Source: Octopus bimaculoides (lineage: Eukaryota). From it: a stretch of 44,838 nt of DNA. The first letter of the stretch is position 1; the number at the start of each line of letters is the position of its first letter. Made by a program: the position numbers and the translations under genes. Positions 25,162 through 37,953 of this stretch are shown here, in pieces. The notes under the pieces are model-generated. The model was not told the DNA's origin. It worked only from the letters and a program-made list of their open reading frames with translations, and ran no database searches. The stretch covers positions 27,011,346 through 27,056,183 of the forward strand of contig NC_068988.1 of the NCBI RefSeq assembly GCF_001194135.2, given 5' to 3'.

Positions 25162-25389
25162 GATGAAGAAGAACAAGAAGAACAAGAACAAGAAAAACAA
25201 GAAGAACAAGAACAAGAACAAGAACAAGAACAAGAACAAGAAGAACAAGAACAAGAAGAACAAGAACAACAAGAACAAGAACAAGAACAAAAAGAAGAAG
25301 AAGAAGAAGAAGAAGAAGAAGAAGAAGAAGAAGAAGAAGAAGAAGAAGAAGAAGAAGAAGAAGAAGAAGAAGAAGAAGAAGAAGAAGAA
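25074..25389. repeat. Compound (GAA)n-(CAA)n-(GAACAA)n-(GAA)n
   Basis: Direct reading; it lies between two LINE fragments. Confidence 0.99.
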
Positions 25390-25404
25390 TGTAATTTAAT
25401 GAAA

Positions 25405-25675
25405 GAATGCAATTTGAGGTAAATACGTGCGCATTGTTAATTATAAAGAGAGGCTGGAAGGTAAGTTCTGATGGCATAAAATTACCACAAGACAACATCA
25501 TTAGATCATTATGAAATAAAGAGGTGCGCAAATATCTAAAAGTGCTGCAAGACGATAAGATAATGGAAGGGGATATGAAAAGGTCACTAAAGAGTACAAG
25601 AGGAGAATTAGGATGCGATTCGAAAGAAAATTAAATAAAGAAAATATCATTGAAGCTATAAATACATGGCCGCAG
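25405..25675 (+). mobile_element. R4/Dong-like RT fragment (late RT domains and thumb)
   Basis: Pseudo-translation MQFEVNTCALLIIKRG..SSDGIKLPQDNIIRSL*NKEVRKYLKVLQDDKIM..VTKEYKRRIR..KLNKENIIEAINTW matches the MEFGLDKCA...YKYLG...EY.RR...N.I.AIN.W pattern. It begins just after the (GAA)n tract. Confidence 0.75.
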
Positions 25676-26198
25676 TCCAATGATTGAAGCAAATAATGGA
25701 TAAAAGATATAAACAGTATGTTCGTCACAAAGGACAACCATTCTAAATTGTAGTCTAACTAGCTTTGTTTCTGAGTTTAAATAAAAATCTAATCAAGTCT
25801 ATATTATTTATTAAATTAATATTTTTCCTTTAATTTCACCTATGAATTTAAGTTCAACTTTATAATAATCCAAATACTAATTTGACATTTCTTATTTAAC
25901 CTTATTTTGACAAGAACATAAATATTTCTCATTTTTTGTTTAAAGACTTTTTTAAATTCAAGAGCTATATACTTAGTATTTTTTAGTTTTGAAACTTTTC
26001 TTCGGAAAGCCAAAGTTTCTGCAACTCTATTTTTTTCCTTCCATCTCAACCAATTTACATTTCTATATATCTGCATAATTCTTTGCAAACAGCTTTGCTC
26101 TTCAAAAATTCAATTTTCTCTCAATGCCATTTCTTCTTCGATTTTAATGACGTTGTTGCCGGTGGAATAGCATTGAACACATCTCACAGTAACATTGT

Positions 26199-26809
26199 CT
26201 TTTATCTTTTACTTGTTTCAGTCATCTGACCGAGGCCATACTGGGGCAAATCGACCCTAGGAGTTAAATCTTTTAAGCCTGGTACTTAGTCTATCGATCT
26301 CTTATTTCCGAACTGCTAAGTTACGGGGACGTAAACAAAACTAACAACCGTTGTCAAGCAGCAGTGGGGGCACAATCACACACACTTATAACGACAGGCT
26401 TCTTTCAGTTTCTTATTTCTTTATTGTCCACAAGGGGCTGAACACATACGGGATAAACAAGGACAGACAAATGGATTATGTCGATTACAGTGTGTAACTG
26501 GTGTTTAATTTATCGACCCCGAAAGGATGAAAAGCAAAGTCGACCTCGGCGGAATTTGAACTCAGAACGTAGCGGCAGACGAAATACTGCTAAGCATTTC
26601 GCCCGTCGTGCTAACGTTTCTGCCAGCTCGCCGCCTTTCAGTTTCTTTCAGTTCGCTTCTTTCAGTTTCTGTCTACCGAACCGACTCACAAGGCTTTGGT
26701 CTGCTCGAGGCTATAGTAGAAGACACCTACCAAAGGTGCCACGCAATGGGACTGAACCTGGAAGTATGTGGTTGAGAAGCACACTTCTTGTCACACAACC
26801 ACATCCATC
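26199..26809 (-). mobile_element. SINE family B hosting a family A insertion
   Basis: 3' module 26199-26400 (TTTTACTTGTTTCAGTCAT..AAGTTACGGGGACGTAAAC..GTTGTCAAGC) and head 26655-26809 (CTCACAAGGCTTTGGTC..GCTATAGTAGAAGACAC..GGTGCCACGC..GGGACTGAACC). Confidence 0.9.
26415..26635 (-). mobile_element. SINE family A (alternative 3' tail) inserted into a family B SINE
   Basis: Close to consensus: CGACCCCGAAAGGATGAAAAGCAAAGTCGACCTCGGCGGAATTTGAACTCAGAACG..CCAGCTCGCCGCC. It is flanked by TTTCAGTTTCTT at 26403-14 and 26636-47. Confidence 0.9.
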
Positions 26810-27052
26810 CTTAGATAATTTATTAAAGTTTTTTTTCTCAAGCCCAGGGATGCAAAAGGCTGGTTACCCGGTTTCCAAGGTGTATGAGAGACCGAGATCA
26901 CAACATTCCCCAGAACGAGCCCCATCCGTGGTAAATTAAGACTTTGGCTAAATTGAACTCAGAGCATAAGAAGCCGGAAGAAATTCCGTTGAGCATGTAA
27001 TGCTAGAAATGAGAAATGTGTCATTGGTTTAGCAAGTAGTAATTAAAATTAT

Positions 27053-27172
27053 TGGTCTCAAATTTTGGCACAAGGCCAGCAATTCTGGGGAAGGGATAAG
27101 TCGATTACATCGACCCGTGTTGAACTCAGAATGTAAAGACGGACGAAATACCGCTAAGCATTTCGCCCGACG
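27053..27172 (-). mobile_element. SINE family A, internally deleted
   Basis: The tail AAATTTTGGCACAAGGCCAGCAATT is joined at TCGACC almost directly to TTGAACTCAGAATGTAAAGACGGACGAAATACCGCTAAGCATTTCGCC. Confidence 0.8.
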
Positions 27173-28474
27173 AACTACGTAGATGGGAGGGAAGAAGTGC
27201 ATTCTGTATGGGCTGCCTAAGGTGCCGGGTGGTGGCGGTAACTTGGGAGGCGGATTATGAATATCATGGAAGTAGGCCACAGTGGGAATTGAACTTAGCA
27301 AGCAAAGAGCTGAAACAAACACGGCAATGCATTGTGTACGAAGCTCTAACATTCTCGCTAGGAGGATAAAAGGTAACACCGACCACGGTAGTATTTGAGC
27401 TCTTGACACAAAGGGCCGCAATACACACGGCAATGCATTTCACCTGATGCTCTAACAACCCTGCCAAACTCATCAGTTTGATCGAAATAAGCAAGAATAC
27501 CTGGTGCATGTTTTCGGAAATCAAGAGAAAGTTGGGGAGGGGAATTCTTGCTAAATAGGTGACTGGAATATAAAATATTACAGCGTTTAATATGGGAAGA
27601 AGAATTAACTGCACTAATAGAGACATAAATACATACTTAGAAGAATATGTACATAGATAAATAATCAGATAGATTGATAGATAGATAGATAGATACACAC
27701 ACGTACATACATACATACATACATACATATATNNNNNNNNNNNNNNNNNNNNNNNNNNNNNNNNNNNNNNNNNNNNNNNNNNNNNNNNNNNNNNNNNNNN
27801 NNNNNNNNNNNNNNNNNNNNNNNNNNNNNNNNNNNNNNNNNNNNNNNNNNNNNNNNNNNNNNNNNNNNNNNNTATATATATATATATATATATATATATG
27901 AGTGTGTATGTATGTGTGTGATTGGTGGGGGAGGTCTTGAAAGCATGTAAGGAATCACGCTATATGTTTACAAAATAGATTATATAAAATCAAAATTAAT
28001 ATAAATTCTTGGTCTATATAATCACTGATGCTCTTCCCCATTCACTAAATATGGCGACTTTTGCTTATGATAACAATCAATATTTTTTTTTTCTTTCTAG
28101 CCATATTTGATCCTATTTCAGCGTTTTAATACCCTAAACATTAAATACGCTTTTAGCCGCTTAACTTTTATAATATAGATTTGGGAAACGCTTTCTGATT
28201 CTTCCTGATAACATTACATCTATTATTTTTCTATTATATTTCTTCAGATATTGTCAGCAAATTCATGGAGAATTTTTGTTTGTTTTTCGATGTTTTGCTT
28301 TGTTTTTTTATATATATTGTTTTACATTGCTTTGCTTTTTAAGATATGCTCGTGCGTTCAAATGATTTCTGCACGAAACATCGTATTAGTGATGTATTGA
28401 GTGCTGACTAAAGAGAGTCGTATAATTTTCAGAAATGTATTATAGCTTACGACGTAGGAAACCACACAGATACA

Positions 28475-28534
<60 letters not shown>

Positions 28535-28601
28535 CACAAAAATAAATTTATGCTCTTACCTATATATACTTATATGTATAGCTAAAATATATTTATGAAG
28601 G

Positions 28602-28669
<68 letters not shown>

Positions 28670-30726
28670 TGTGTGNNNNNNNNNNNNNNNNNNNNNNNNN
28701 NNNNNNNNNNNNNNNNNNNNNNNNNNNNNNNNNNNNNNNNNNNNNNNNNNNNNNNNNNNNNNNNNNNNNNNNNNNNNNNNNNNNNNNNNNNNNNNNNNNN
28801 NNNNNNNNNNNNNNNNNNNNNNNNNNNNNNNNNNNNNNNNNNNNNNNNNNNNNNNNNNNNNNNNNNNNNNNNNNNNNNNNNNNNNNNNNNNNNNNNNNNN
28901 NNNNNNNNNNNNNNNNNNNNNNNNNNNNNNNNNNNNNNNNNNNNNNNNNNNNNNNNNNNNNNNNNNNNNNNNNNNNNNNNNNNNNNNNNNNNNNNNNNNN
29001 NNNNNNNNNNNNNNNNNNNNNNNNNNNNNNNNNNNNNNNNNNNNNNNNNNNNNNNNNNNNNNNNNNNNNNNNNNNNNNNNNNNNNNNNNNNNNNNNNNNN
29101 NNNNNNNNNNNNNNNNNNNNNNNNNNNNNNNNNNNNNNNNNNNNNNNNNNNNNNNNNNNNNNNNNNNNNNNNNNNNNNNNNNNNNNNNNNNNNNNNNNNN
29201 NNNNNNNNNNNNNNNNNNNNNNNNNNNNNNNNNNNNNNNNNNNNNNNNNNNNNNNNNNNNNNNNNNNNNNNNNNNNNNNNNNNNNNNNNNNNNNNNNNNN
29301 NNNNNNNNNNNNNNNNNNNNNNNNNNNNNNNNNNNNNNNNNNNNNNNNNNNNNNNNNNNNNNNNNNNNNNNNNNNNNNNNNNNNNNNNNNNNNNNNNNNN
29401 NNNNNNNNNNNNNNNNNNNNNNNNNNNNNNNNNNNNNNNNNNNNNNNNNNNNNNNNNNNNNNNNNNNNNNNNNNNNNNNNNNNNNNNNNNNNNNNNNNNN
29501 NNNNNNNNNNNNNNNNNNNNNNNNNNNNNNNNNNNNNNNNNNNNNNNNNNNNNNNNNNNNNNNNNNNNNNNNNNNNNNNNNNNNNNNNNNNNNNNNNNNN
29601 NNNNNNNNNNNNNNNNNNNNNNNNNNNNNNNNNNNNNNNNNNNNNNTATATATATACCGAGCACTATCTGAGTGATCATACGTATACGAACACTCCTTGT
29701 ATCAGCGAAAAAAATACAAAGACACGAACTAGTTCTCAATAAGTATAAACTCTACGTCATGTTTTGGGTGCTCTTGTAAATATATATACATGATATGGAA
29801 GAAAAGACGTGAAAAAAATGCTGTAACATCGCCTACGGAACATGTGTGTGTGTGTGTGTGTGTGCGTGTTTGTATGATATATGGCTATATATTCACGTAT
29901 ACTATATGTGTGACTCTTTATGTGTGAGTGTATATGATGCAACAGATAATGCTTCATTTATGTAACATTATATTTATATAACATTATCAATTCTGTCAAT
30001 TGGTACAGAAAGACTATCAGTGAAATATAAAACTGTGTTAGAAAAGTGATTACATACCAAATATCAGATGATAATATTTGTGAAGCAGTCGTCTTATTGT
30101 GACCGATGTGATATCCACTCGCTGTCACCGGCTTCCTTAAATACAGCACAGCAAGACAATAATCACAACTTATCAAGGACATTATACTCTTGTTCGCAAC
30201 CCGGATGTTCTCAAGGTTTCTCGTCTCATAACTTCATACGAGCGCATTCTTCTTTAGTTTTTCTAATGTTTTAGTATTTTTCGTAAGTGTTTTCAAGAGA
30301 GAGAGAGTAACGAGAGAGAGCGAGGTGGGGAAATAAAGGATGAAATTCGGCTAAAGAAGTAACGATTCACCTGCATAATTGGAATTTTTTGTTCAATTCA
30401 TGTGTTTAGTAAACTATTTAGAGGTTGTACCCTTTTAACCACAACGGACAAGTAAAATTTCATATGACAACAAAATTGGTTTGGAGCCCTTTGTTTCGTA
30501 AATAAATAAAAGGAAAAGATATAAGAGTGCTTAGCCCCTCCATCATTATTGCGAATGATGGAACCGCCCCCTGTCATTGTCGGTAGTGCCAGGGGCTTCG
30601 GTTCAGTCTTACTAAGCTCGCTCGTTTTCATCTGTGTGTGTGTGTGCGTGTGTATGCTTGCTTATTACAGTGTTTCTATATGAATTCCTGTTAATGTTTG
30701 TGTATGCATTTGTGTCTATACCTCGA

Positions 30727-30769
<43 letters not shown>

Positions 30770-30891
30770 AGATCTGTTTATATTTTCTCTATGTTTTCTT
30801 TTTTGTTTTTTACATTGACGACGATTCAAGCCTACAGAAGTGTTAATACCACATTTTGTATATTAAATAATACAAATTCCAGAACAGGAAA

Positions 30892-30928
30892 ATAATAATA
30901 ATAACAAGAATAATAGTAATGATGATGA

Positions 30929-30962
<34 letters not shown>

Positions 30963-31108
30963 GGTAGTGGTGGTGGTGGTCGTCGTCNNNNNNNNNNNNN
31001 NNNNNNNNNNNNNNNNNNNNNNNNNNNNNNNNNTGGTGGTGGTGGTGGTGGTGGTGGTGGTGGTGGTGGTGGTGGTGAATGTGATGCTGATGATGATGAT
31101 GATGATGA
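30892..31108. repeat. Compound (AAT)/(GAT)/(GGT)n with internal gap
   Basis: Direct reading. Confidence 0.97.
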
Positions 31109-31539
31109 TAGTTATAAGTAGGGGGGAAGAAAGCGATGGTGGTAGTCGTAAGAGAACAAACTTACATCGTTTTAACATTTATAATGATAATTGTTTTTGT
31201 TTTTTTTTTGTTTTTTGTCTTGTTTGTTCGGTTATTTTTGTTGCCGTCATTATTTATTGCTAATGATGTTTAAATATATGTTGCATATTTAGACTAAATA
31301 ATACGGGGTCGGCTCTGGCTGTACAATAGAGAGGCTGTTGTAACGACCCTTCTCTTGAAATTCTAAAATATGAGTAAGATTAAATGGATTGTTGAAGAAG
31401 TCACTATGACCTGCAATACAATGATGTTGAAATTGAGCTGCCAAATGAATCAACTCTATATCAAAATTATCTTTTCAAATTAACCATTTCATGAATATCG
31501 CAGGTAAATAGGACAAAGGCTTCAATCCAGTTTCTTTGC

Positions 31540-31540
<1 letters not shown>

Positions 31541-31579
<39 letters not shown>

Positions 31580-31591
31580 GNNNNNNNNNNG

Positions 31592-31626
<35 letters not shown>

Positions 31627-31636
31627 GCTGCTGTTG
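31541..31636. repeat. (GTT)n microsatellite with 10-N gap
   Basis: Direct reading. Confidence 0.98.
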
Positions 31637-32700
31637 TTTTCTAACGCTACGTAGGAAGATAAATTTTCCATCCAAACAGAGCGTTAGTCAATTGAAGTCT
31701 TTCGCAGGTGTTCTTCTAACGACTTTTTAAAACCAGGCATTTACCATATTTCGGTTGAATATGAGACGTTATGGTACAGCCGTTTTGGGGCCACCCATTT
31801 GGCGACTCTGATTCACCGCTAGGTTATTTAAAATCATATAACGTCTATCTTATTCTCTCTCTTTCTCTCTTTCTCTCTCTCACTCTCTCTCTCTCTCTAT
31901 CCATCTATCTATCTCTATCTCTCTTTTCTATCTAGCTAACCCTCCCTCTTTCTTTCTTTCTTTCTTCTTTGTTTATGCATGTGAGCTTTTAGTTATGTTT
32001 CTATACATGATGTCTCTCTCTCACTCCTTCTAGCTAAATGCGTATATTTCTGTGCCCACGTGCGCGCGTGTGTATGTGTGTTTGTCTCGAGTGCCAAAAT
32101 GTACTGCGACTGAGTCCAGCCAACTGCACCAAATAGTTAGCACCCAGTTATCTCATTCAGATTTCGGGTTGGCCCAAGTCTTGTGAAACAATATAGATGA
32201 AAACTGTGCACAAGCTCGCTGGTCAATTGACGGACAGCACCTGATAAATCTTATTTTCTTCATTTCCATATTTTTTTTCTCTAATTTCGAGAGGCCATAA
32301 GTGTTCAGTTCCCACTCCAGTAACAAAACTATAAAAACAAAAACACTCTTTGCAAGGACTCATCTAACAACCATTAGTAGATTTCAACTACAATGAACTG
32401 ATAGAATGTACGATATATATTTTTACATCTATATTTGTTTTCGTTGTCATATTGTAGCTAACTTTGCTTCAGTTAATCAAGCAGTTGATGAATTCTTTCT
32501 CGTTGCTTCGATAACTGAGGATTCAGTAAGACATAGCTACACCATGTAATGCTGTGGGAAACGAGCTCCACCTAATGGCTGCCCGCGTTCAGAGCCAAAG
32601 CGAAAGTTTTCCGATAGCAACCTCTACTTATCCCCATTGCCTCTTTCCCTGTAGCCATTAGACTTATGTAGAGAGTTTGCCAGTGTCTTGATTTACTGAA

Positions 32701-32864
32701 CGATTATATCGATCCCAGTGCACAACTGGTACTTAATATATCGACCCCGAAAGGATGAAAGGTAAAGTCGACCTCGGCGGAATTTGAACTCAGAACACAA
32801 AGACAGACGAAATATCGCTAAGCATTTCGCCTGACGTGCTAACGTTTTTTTCCATCTCGCTGCC
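32701..32864 (-). mobile_element. SINE family A
   Basis: AACTGGTACTTAATATATCGACCCCGAAAGGATGAAAGGTAAAGTCGACCTCGGCGGAATTTGAACTCAG. Confidence 0.9.
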
Positions 32865-34911
32865 TTGATAATAACTTATATTAAGTTTGATTGTGAAATA
32901 TCGAACCGCTTGAAAAACGATGAACGATGTTCTCTTTAGAGTTTAAAATTCCGATTTGTCTATTACGAAAATACCTAAACTTAGTGAAAACAAATATTTC
33001 CAGATATTTATTGCTGTGAGTTATTCAACTTTTATATACATATATTTTTTTTCATCTTTTCTTGAGGGACCACTTACCCGCAATTACATACAAAATCTCG
33101 ATTTATCTATTGGCTTCAAGAGATCGAAAGTATCTTTATTTTAGTAGAAAGTATTTTCAAATATTTTATCGGAGATCGGAGCAGTGCACAATACCGAATT
33201 CTTTTTAAAAGATCAAAAATATGTCTAACACGAAATTCTATAATCTATTAAACTATTTATAACAAATTTTATTCACACACCATCATGACGTCTGCGTATA
33301 TATATATATACATACATATATAAGAGAGAGTTCAGATATGACTTTGATAATTTACATTGCCGTTGGGAATATCTAACGTTTCGAGCCTTGAACTTGTCTA
33401 ACAGTGAGAAAGAGAAAGAAACCGATTTTGTCGTTTTGGTTGTCGGCAACAAATATCTGTTATGATGTTTGAAATTTTTGTATGAGAGACAGAAAGCACG
33501 AGATCAACTACGCGAAGATAACTATTTCAGTTCATATTGCAATATGAACTAATAAAGTTGAAGACTTGTGCCCTCGCATTTAACCTTAAAGGCTATAGAA
33601 TTCTAAGTACAAACACTGATATTGTCTTCACAATAGTTACACAATAGAATTTTGTCAAAGAATAGAAAATAAGATTACTTTAGTATTATTTTATGATGTT
33701 CCCAAAGATTCAGCAGAAAAGGAAAAAGAAGCAAAAGTCTTGTAAACAAACTGACGCAGCCGTTTGCACTTTTTAAAAAGAAGAGGAATTTTCACTGGAA
33801 AATACACATTGCGACATAACAGTGTCAGCTAAAATTCTAACAGAAAATCACATTAACAACAATAATTTATCTTTTGCTTCCATTACTAACAACAGAAAAA
33901 TGTTGTATAGGGACAGAGTTCAGTTCGAATAGTTGTGTCTGTATCCTTACCCGAAGTACTTGTTCAAGAACCGACAAAGAATAATATAGCTTGTTTTTTT
34001 TTTCTTTACAAAGTAAATGAAAGTCTCTCTTTATCCTCAGAATATTAATAACGCGTACAGGACTTTATGACTTTATGATTAGCATATTAAACTACATCGT
34101 TACACCGAATATGAAATCAAGTCGGACAGAAATTGAAGAGATTGAAAATTGGCAGCCAAACAGAAAAGATCTCAATATCCTATAGTCTGATCGATACGAG
34201 TAGACAGGCAGACAAACAGACAGACAAATAGATAAATATGCATATATACATCTGGTACAACTACTTCTCACATAGGAGTACTAAATTTTGAGGGTCTAAG
34301 ATACTCCTGACTCTTGTTATATTGTGATAAGATTTTGTTAGTTTTATTTTCAGTGAAACAATGTAGTAACTGTTGGATATTATGATAAATCTTTGATTAA
34401 ATTTATGCTAAGATAGCTCCAGAAATAAACTCACCCAATAATTAAGCTGCTTTCCTAACGACGCTCAACGGGGTTTCTATCTATTGAATCGGTGACAAAG
34501 AAGAGTTATAGGTGTTGTTTATGTATGCTTGAGGTTTCCTAATTCATTATTTATATCTTTAAGTTTTCTTAGATTACTCTTTCTTACCATCGACATCATG
34601 ATGTCAAGGAAATTATCATCGCCTGATGGATGGATGTGAACCGTTATGCGAAATACGAGAAAGGCGTAGGATGTGGTGAATAAGCGATGTGGGGGAAGTT
34701 GTGAAAACGTGTGACCTGTGACTTTGCGTTAGAAACTGATATAGAAATTGGTAGCGATAGAGATTAAAGCAAAATATACTCAGTATAACAAAGATAATAG
34801 CGCAAGTAATCGTAATGAGAAGCTTGCAGAGCATGGGTTCGATGCCGAATATTTGTGAAAAGAAATTATGCAAAAGAATAAAGATCATATTTTATGATGA
34901 GAATTTTCTTA

Positions 34912-35126
34912 AGGATAATGGATCGGCAAATTCGTCAGAGCGTCGGAAAAATACCATGCAGTATCTCTTCAAGATCTGCACGTTCCGAAGTTCAAATTCA
35001 ATTGACGTCCACTTTGCCATTCCATCCTTTCGGAGTCGATAAAATAAAATATCAATCGAGTCCTGGAGTCAATGATATCGACTCTATCCCACCCTCAAAA
35101 TTGCTGGCAATGTTTCTAAATTTGTA
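34912..35126 (+). mobile_element. SINE family A, old copy
   Basis: GTTCAAATTC B-box, CTTTGCCATTCCATCCTTTCGGAGTCGATAAAATAA and an AAAATTGCTGGC tail. Confidence 0.7.
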
Positions 35127-35186
35127 ACAATTGTTGTGCTAAGGCCTATGTGATGTCAGAATCTTTTAAACGGTATTTACTCACAG

Positions 35187-35335
35187 CCCTTTGATTTCTA
35201 AGTTCAAATCCGGCAGATGTTTACCTTTCATCTTCCTAGGATTATTGAATTAAAACGCCAGTCCAAGAACTGTGGGCCGATATATTCGAATTTCTCTCCC
35301 ACCAAATTTCTGGCCTTATACCTATGTAAGAACTT
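35187..35335 (+). mobile_element. SINE family A, degenerate fragment
   Basis: AGTTCAAATCCGGC..CCTTTCATC..AAATTTCTGGCCTTATACCTATG. Confidence 0.5.
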
Positions 35336-36644
35336 ATTACATTATTATTCTCAGAATTACTTAATTAGTTCGCGAATAGACTCATTTTTGTGGTTTGTGT
35401 CTCGTTAGAGCTACGAGTTTCTATAAATCGCTACGAGACACATAATCTGTTTTATTGTAACCCTCAAATGTTTTTAATTATTTAGGTGGAGAACTATTAA
35501 TTTTTGTTTCAATTATTTCTTCTAATCAACTGTCACGAAAAATTACTGATGCCCTACAGCGAAATCTGCCCCGACTATTACGTGATAAATCATATTCTCG
35601 AGCATATGATTGTCCTAATATTTGTTATTATGGGATATAAAACTATAATCGCATATGTTTTTTTCTGTATTCTGCTTTGTATGAAAACATTTTATTTTCT
35701 CAAGAAGAACTTTGCTCGAAGCGGTGTTAGAATTCTGATTTCCTTGACAACATACAAGTTTATTCATATTTACGAGTTTTATCTTTCTTGGTGATATAAC
35801 ATTAGTTTAATGTTAGATAATGGAAACGATTTTTGTTCTCTCCTTTCTATGCAATAACAAAACTCGTTATCACCTTCTAACCATATATCACCTGCTGGTC
35901 ATATGTAGATTACATAATTCTGTATTTCTAACACTACAAAATTAACTTGATCTCTACACAACTTCGCGAAGATGCATTGCCTACTAGTAAGGGTATTGGC
36001 GCTTACGATTTTGTTTTCATTTCTATTCCCGGATCGAGCTGTGCGTTGTGTTCGTGAGCTAAAAACCTCATTTCACGTCGCTCCTGTCAAGTCAACTGTA
36101 AATTAGTAACCTTGTGATTCGGTTACTCATATGCTATGGAAGCCGGCTAGCTGACTCTATGAGGCCAAATACGTGACGACAGTAATGTCCAGGAGACTTA
36201 ATTTACTTTTTCCCTGGCGCAACTTCAGACTTCTTCACTGTGTTTCTAAATACTCTGTGAATAGAGAGTGCATTTGAAATAGAAATGAGGCTAATATTAG
36301 AACTTTAATTTATAGGTTATACAGAAGACCAAATGAGAACTGTCTGCGAAGAAGATTTGATAAAGTTTTAAAATATCACTACAGCTTTTAGATTGTTTTT
36401 CATGTGATTTCTAACACAGAGAAGAGGTAAACATTTGTGCATAATAGGAACATATAAGTCGAGTCATGTGTACATGACGGTGAAACAATTTGGTATAAAA
36501 GAATTCTTTCAAATTTGTAGCTTTGAATCGTTTAGCACAATTTTGGGATAAGTAATACATCCTCCAACGATGGTTTAAATGAGTTATTAGATAAATTATG
36601 TTGATTTTGTTGTTGATTAATATGATGAGAGAATAAGGCCAATC

Positions 36645-36803
36645 AAATTGCTCGGTGACAATTCGTCCATCTCAACGTTCTGAGTTTAAATTCCACCGAG
36701 GTGGACTTTGCTTTTCATCCTTCTGGAATGAATAAAATAAGTACTAGTTGAGCTCTCCCCATCTCACCTAAAATTATTGAATTTGTGCCAAAATTTTAAG
36801 TCA
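36645..36803 (+). mobile_element. SINE family A, partial
   Basis: ACGTTCTGAGTTTAAATTCCACCGAGGTGGACTTTGCTTTTCATCC..ATAAAATAAGTACTAGTTGAG..TTGTGCCAAAATTT. Confidence 0.8.
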
Positions 36804-37704
36804 ATATGATGATGAATCCCAAGAGTTAAGAAAGCATCGTATCCATTGTTGCTAATTCTTTTCTGTTAGGAAAGATTCCTATCTTTTCTCACTTGGTACC
36901 AATGATAAAGAAATAGGCAGGTAAAAGAATTTTCTAAACATGTTTTTGAAAAATTTATAAATGAAAAGAATACAAACTGAAGGCAAAACTGGGAATTTTT
37001 TAATAAATGTTAACGAAATAAAAACTGAAAGAAACAAAATAATGCGCTTAAGGCAAGAGATTTTAACGAAGATGCAAAAAAAATTAAACATATTGTTTGC
37101 ACAGTGTATCACATTATCACAACAATAAGAAAAATAAATAATAGAAAAATATTAAAACGAAGATATTAATCGCAAAGATCAATACAGAAAAATTGTGTAA
37201 TAAAATTTGCCAATGAAACTATTAACATTCAATATTAGATTTTTTTTTAAATGAAGCTACTTAAATAATTAGGTAAATATTTGAAAATATTAGAAAATAT
37301 AAAATAAAAAGCTTGGTTGGATGCCAGCATATTGTTTTGTTTTATAAGGAGTAAATTATTGTTGCAGTCAAAACTAATGAATGGGGTTTTCTGCTGCATA
37401 TATTTGTGTAACACAATCAACAAACTGTTGTGTAAGCATACAGCTGGTTATATTGAATACTGCTCAACTACGTAGTAAGGGATTTGAATATTTGAGCCTC
37501 TCCTAAAACTGCTTTCAATATAACATGAATGAATTGGCGATTGAGTAGTAGTGTCTACCATATTCCTTGAGACATTTATCTGCATTCCTAGATTCTTAGT
37601 TCAAATCACCGTTCTGGTCGATAAAATAACTATTACCAACGCACTGGAAGTAATTCAATGACATATACATGAATGGATTAAACGCATGTTATAACTGCAT
37701 ACTT

Positions 37705-37792
37705 TATTCCGACATATGTTTCGAAGAATTACAATTTATGCGATCCATAGGAATCGTCGATGTTAAAAATGTAAACTTCTCCTCAGAGAATG
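37705..37792 (-). ncRNA. Type I hammerhead ribozyme, mirror copy on the minus strand
   Basis: Reverse complement of the left palindrome arm: CATTCT-CTGAGGA-GAAG...CTTC-GAAA-CATAT-GTC-GGAATA. The core is intact. Stem I has one G-U pair and one terminal mismatch. Confidence 0.7.
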
Positions 37793-37865
37793 TATGGGAA
37801 CCATCTTAAACGTAAGACATTATGATACTCGGTCATAATGTCTTACGTTTAAGATGGTTCCCATA

Positions 37866-37953
37866 TATTCCCTGAGGAGAAGTTTACATTTTTAACATCG
37901 ACTATTCCTATGGATCGCATAAATTGTAATTCTTCGAAACATATGTCGGAATA
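37866..37953 (+). ncRNA. Type I hammerhead ribozyme (minimal, Penelope-like-element type)
   Basis: Stem I TATTCC(37866-71)/GGAATA(37948-53). Core CTGAGGA (37872-78). Stem II GAAG/CTTC, extendable by TTACA/TGTAA around a ~50-nt loop. GAAA (37936-39). Palindromic stem III AC-ATAT-GT. Cleavage triplet GTC (37945-47). All invariant core positions are intact. Confidence 0.8.

Noticed and set aside
25057-25422. 121-aa poly-E/Q ORF
   Set aside because: It is entirely the (GAA)/(CAA) array between LINE fragments, with no splice or domain support.
26478-26939. 153-aa ORF
   Set aside because: It reads antisense through nested SINEs.
27280-27470. Apparent tandem repeat ACACGGCAATGCATT..GCTCTAACA
   Set aside because: It is best explained as two very old family A SINE head remnants on the minus strand.
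30520-30631. GC-richer minus-strand ORF MKTSELSKTEPKPLALPT.. with CAG acceptor and GTAAGA donor-like sites
   Set aside because: There is no pyrimidine tract and no recognisable homology, so support is insufficient.
34100-34245. DINE/Helentron-like fragment followed by GACA repeats
   Set aside because: The resemblance is too weak to call without a library search.
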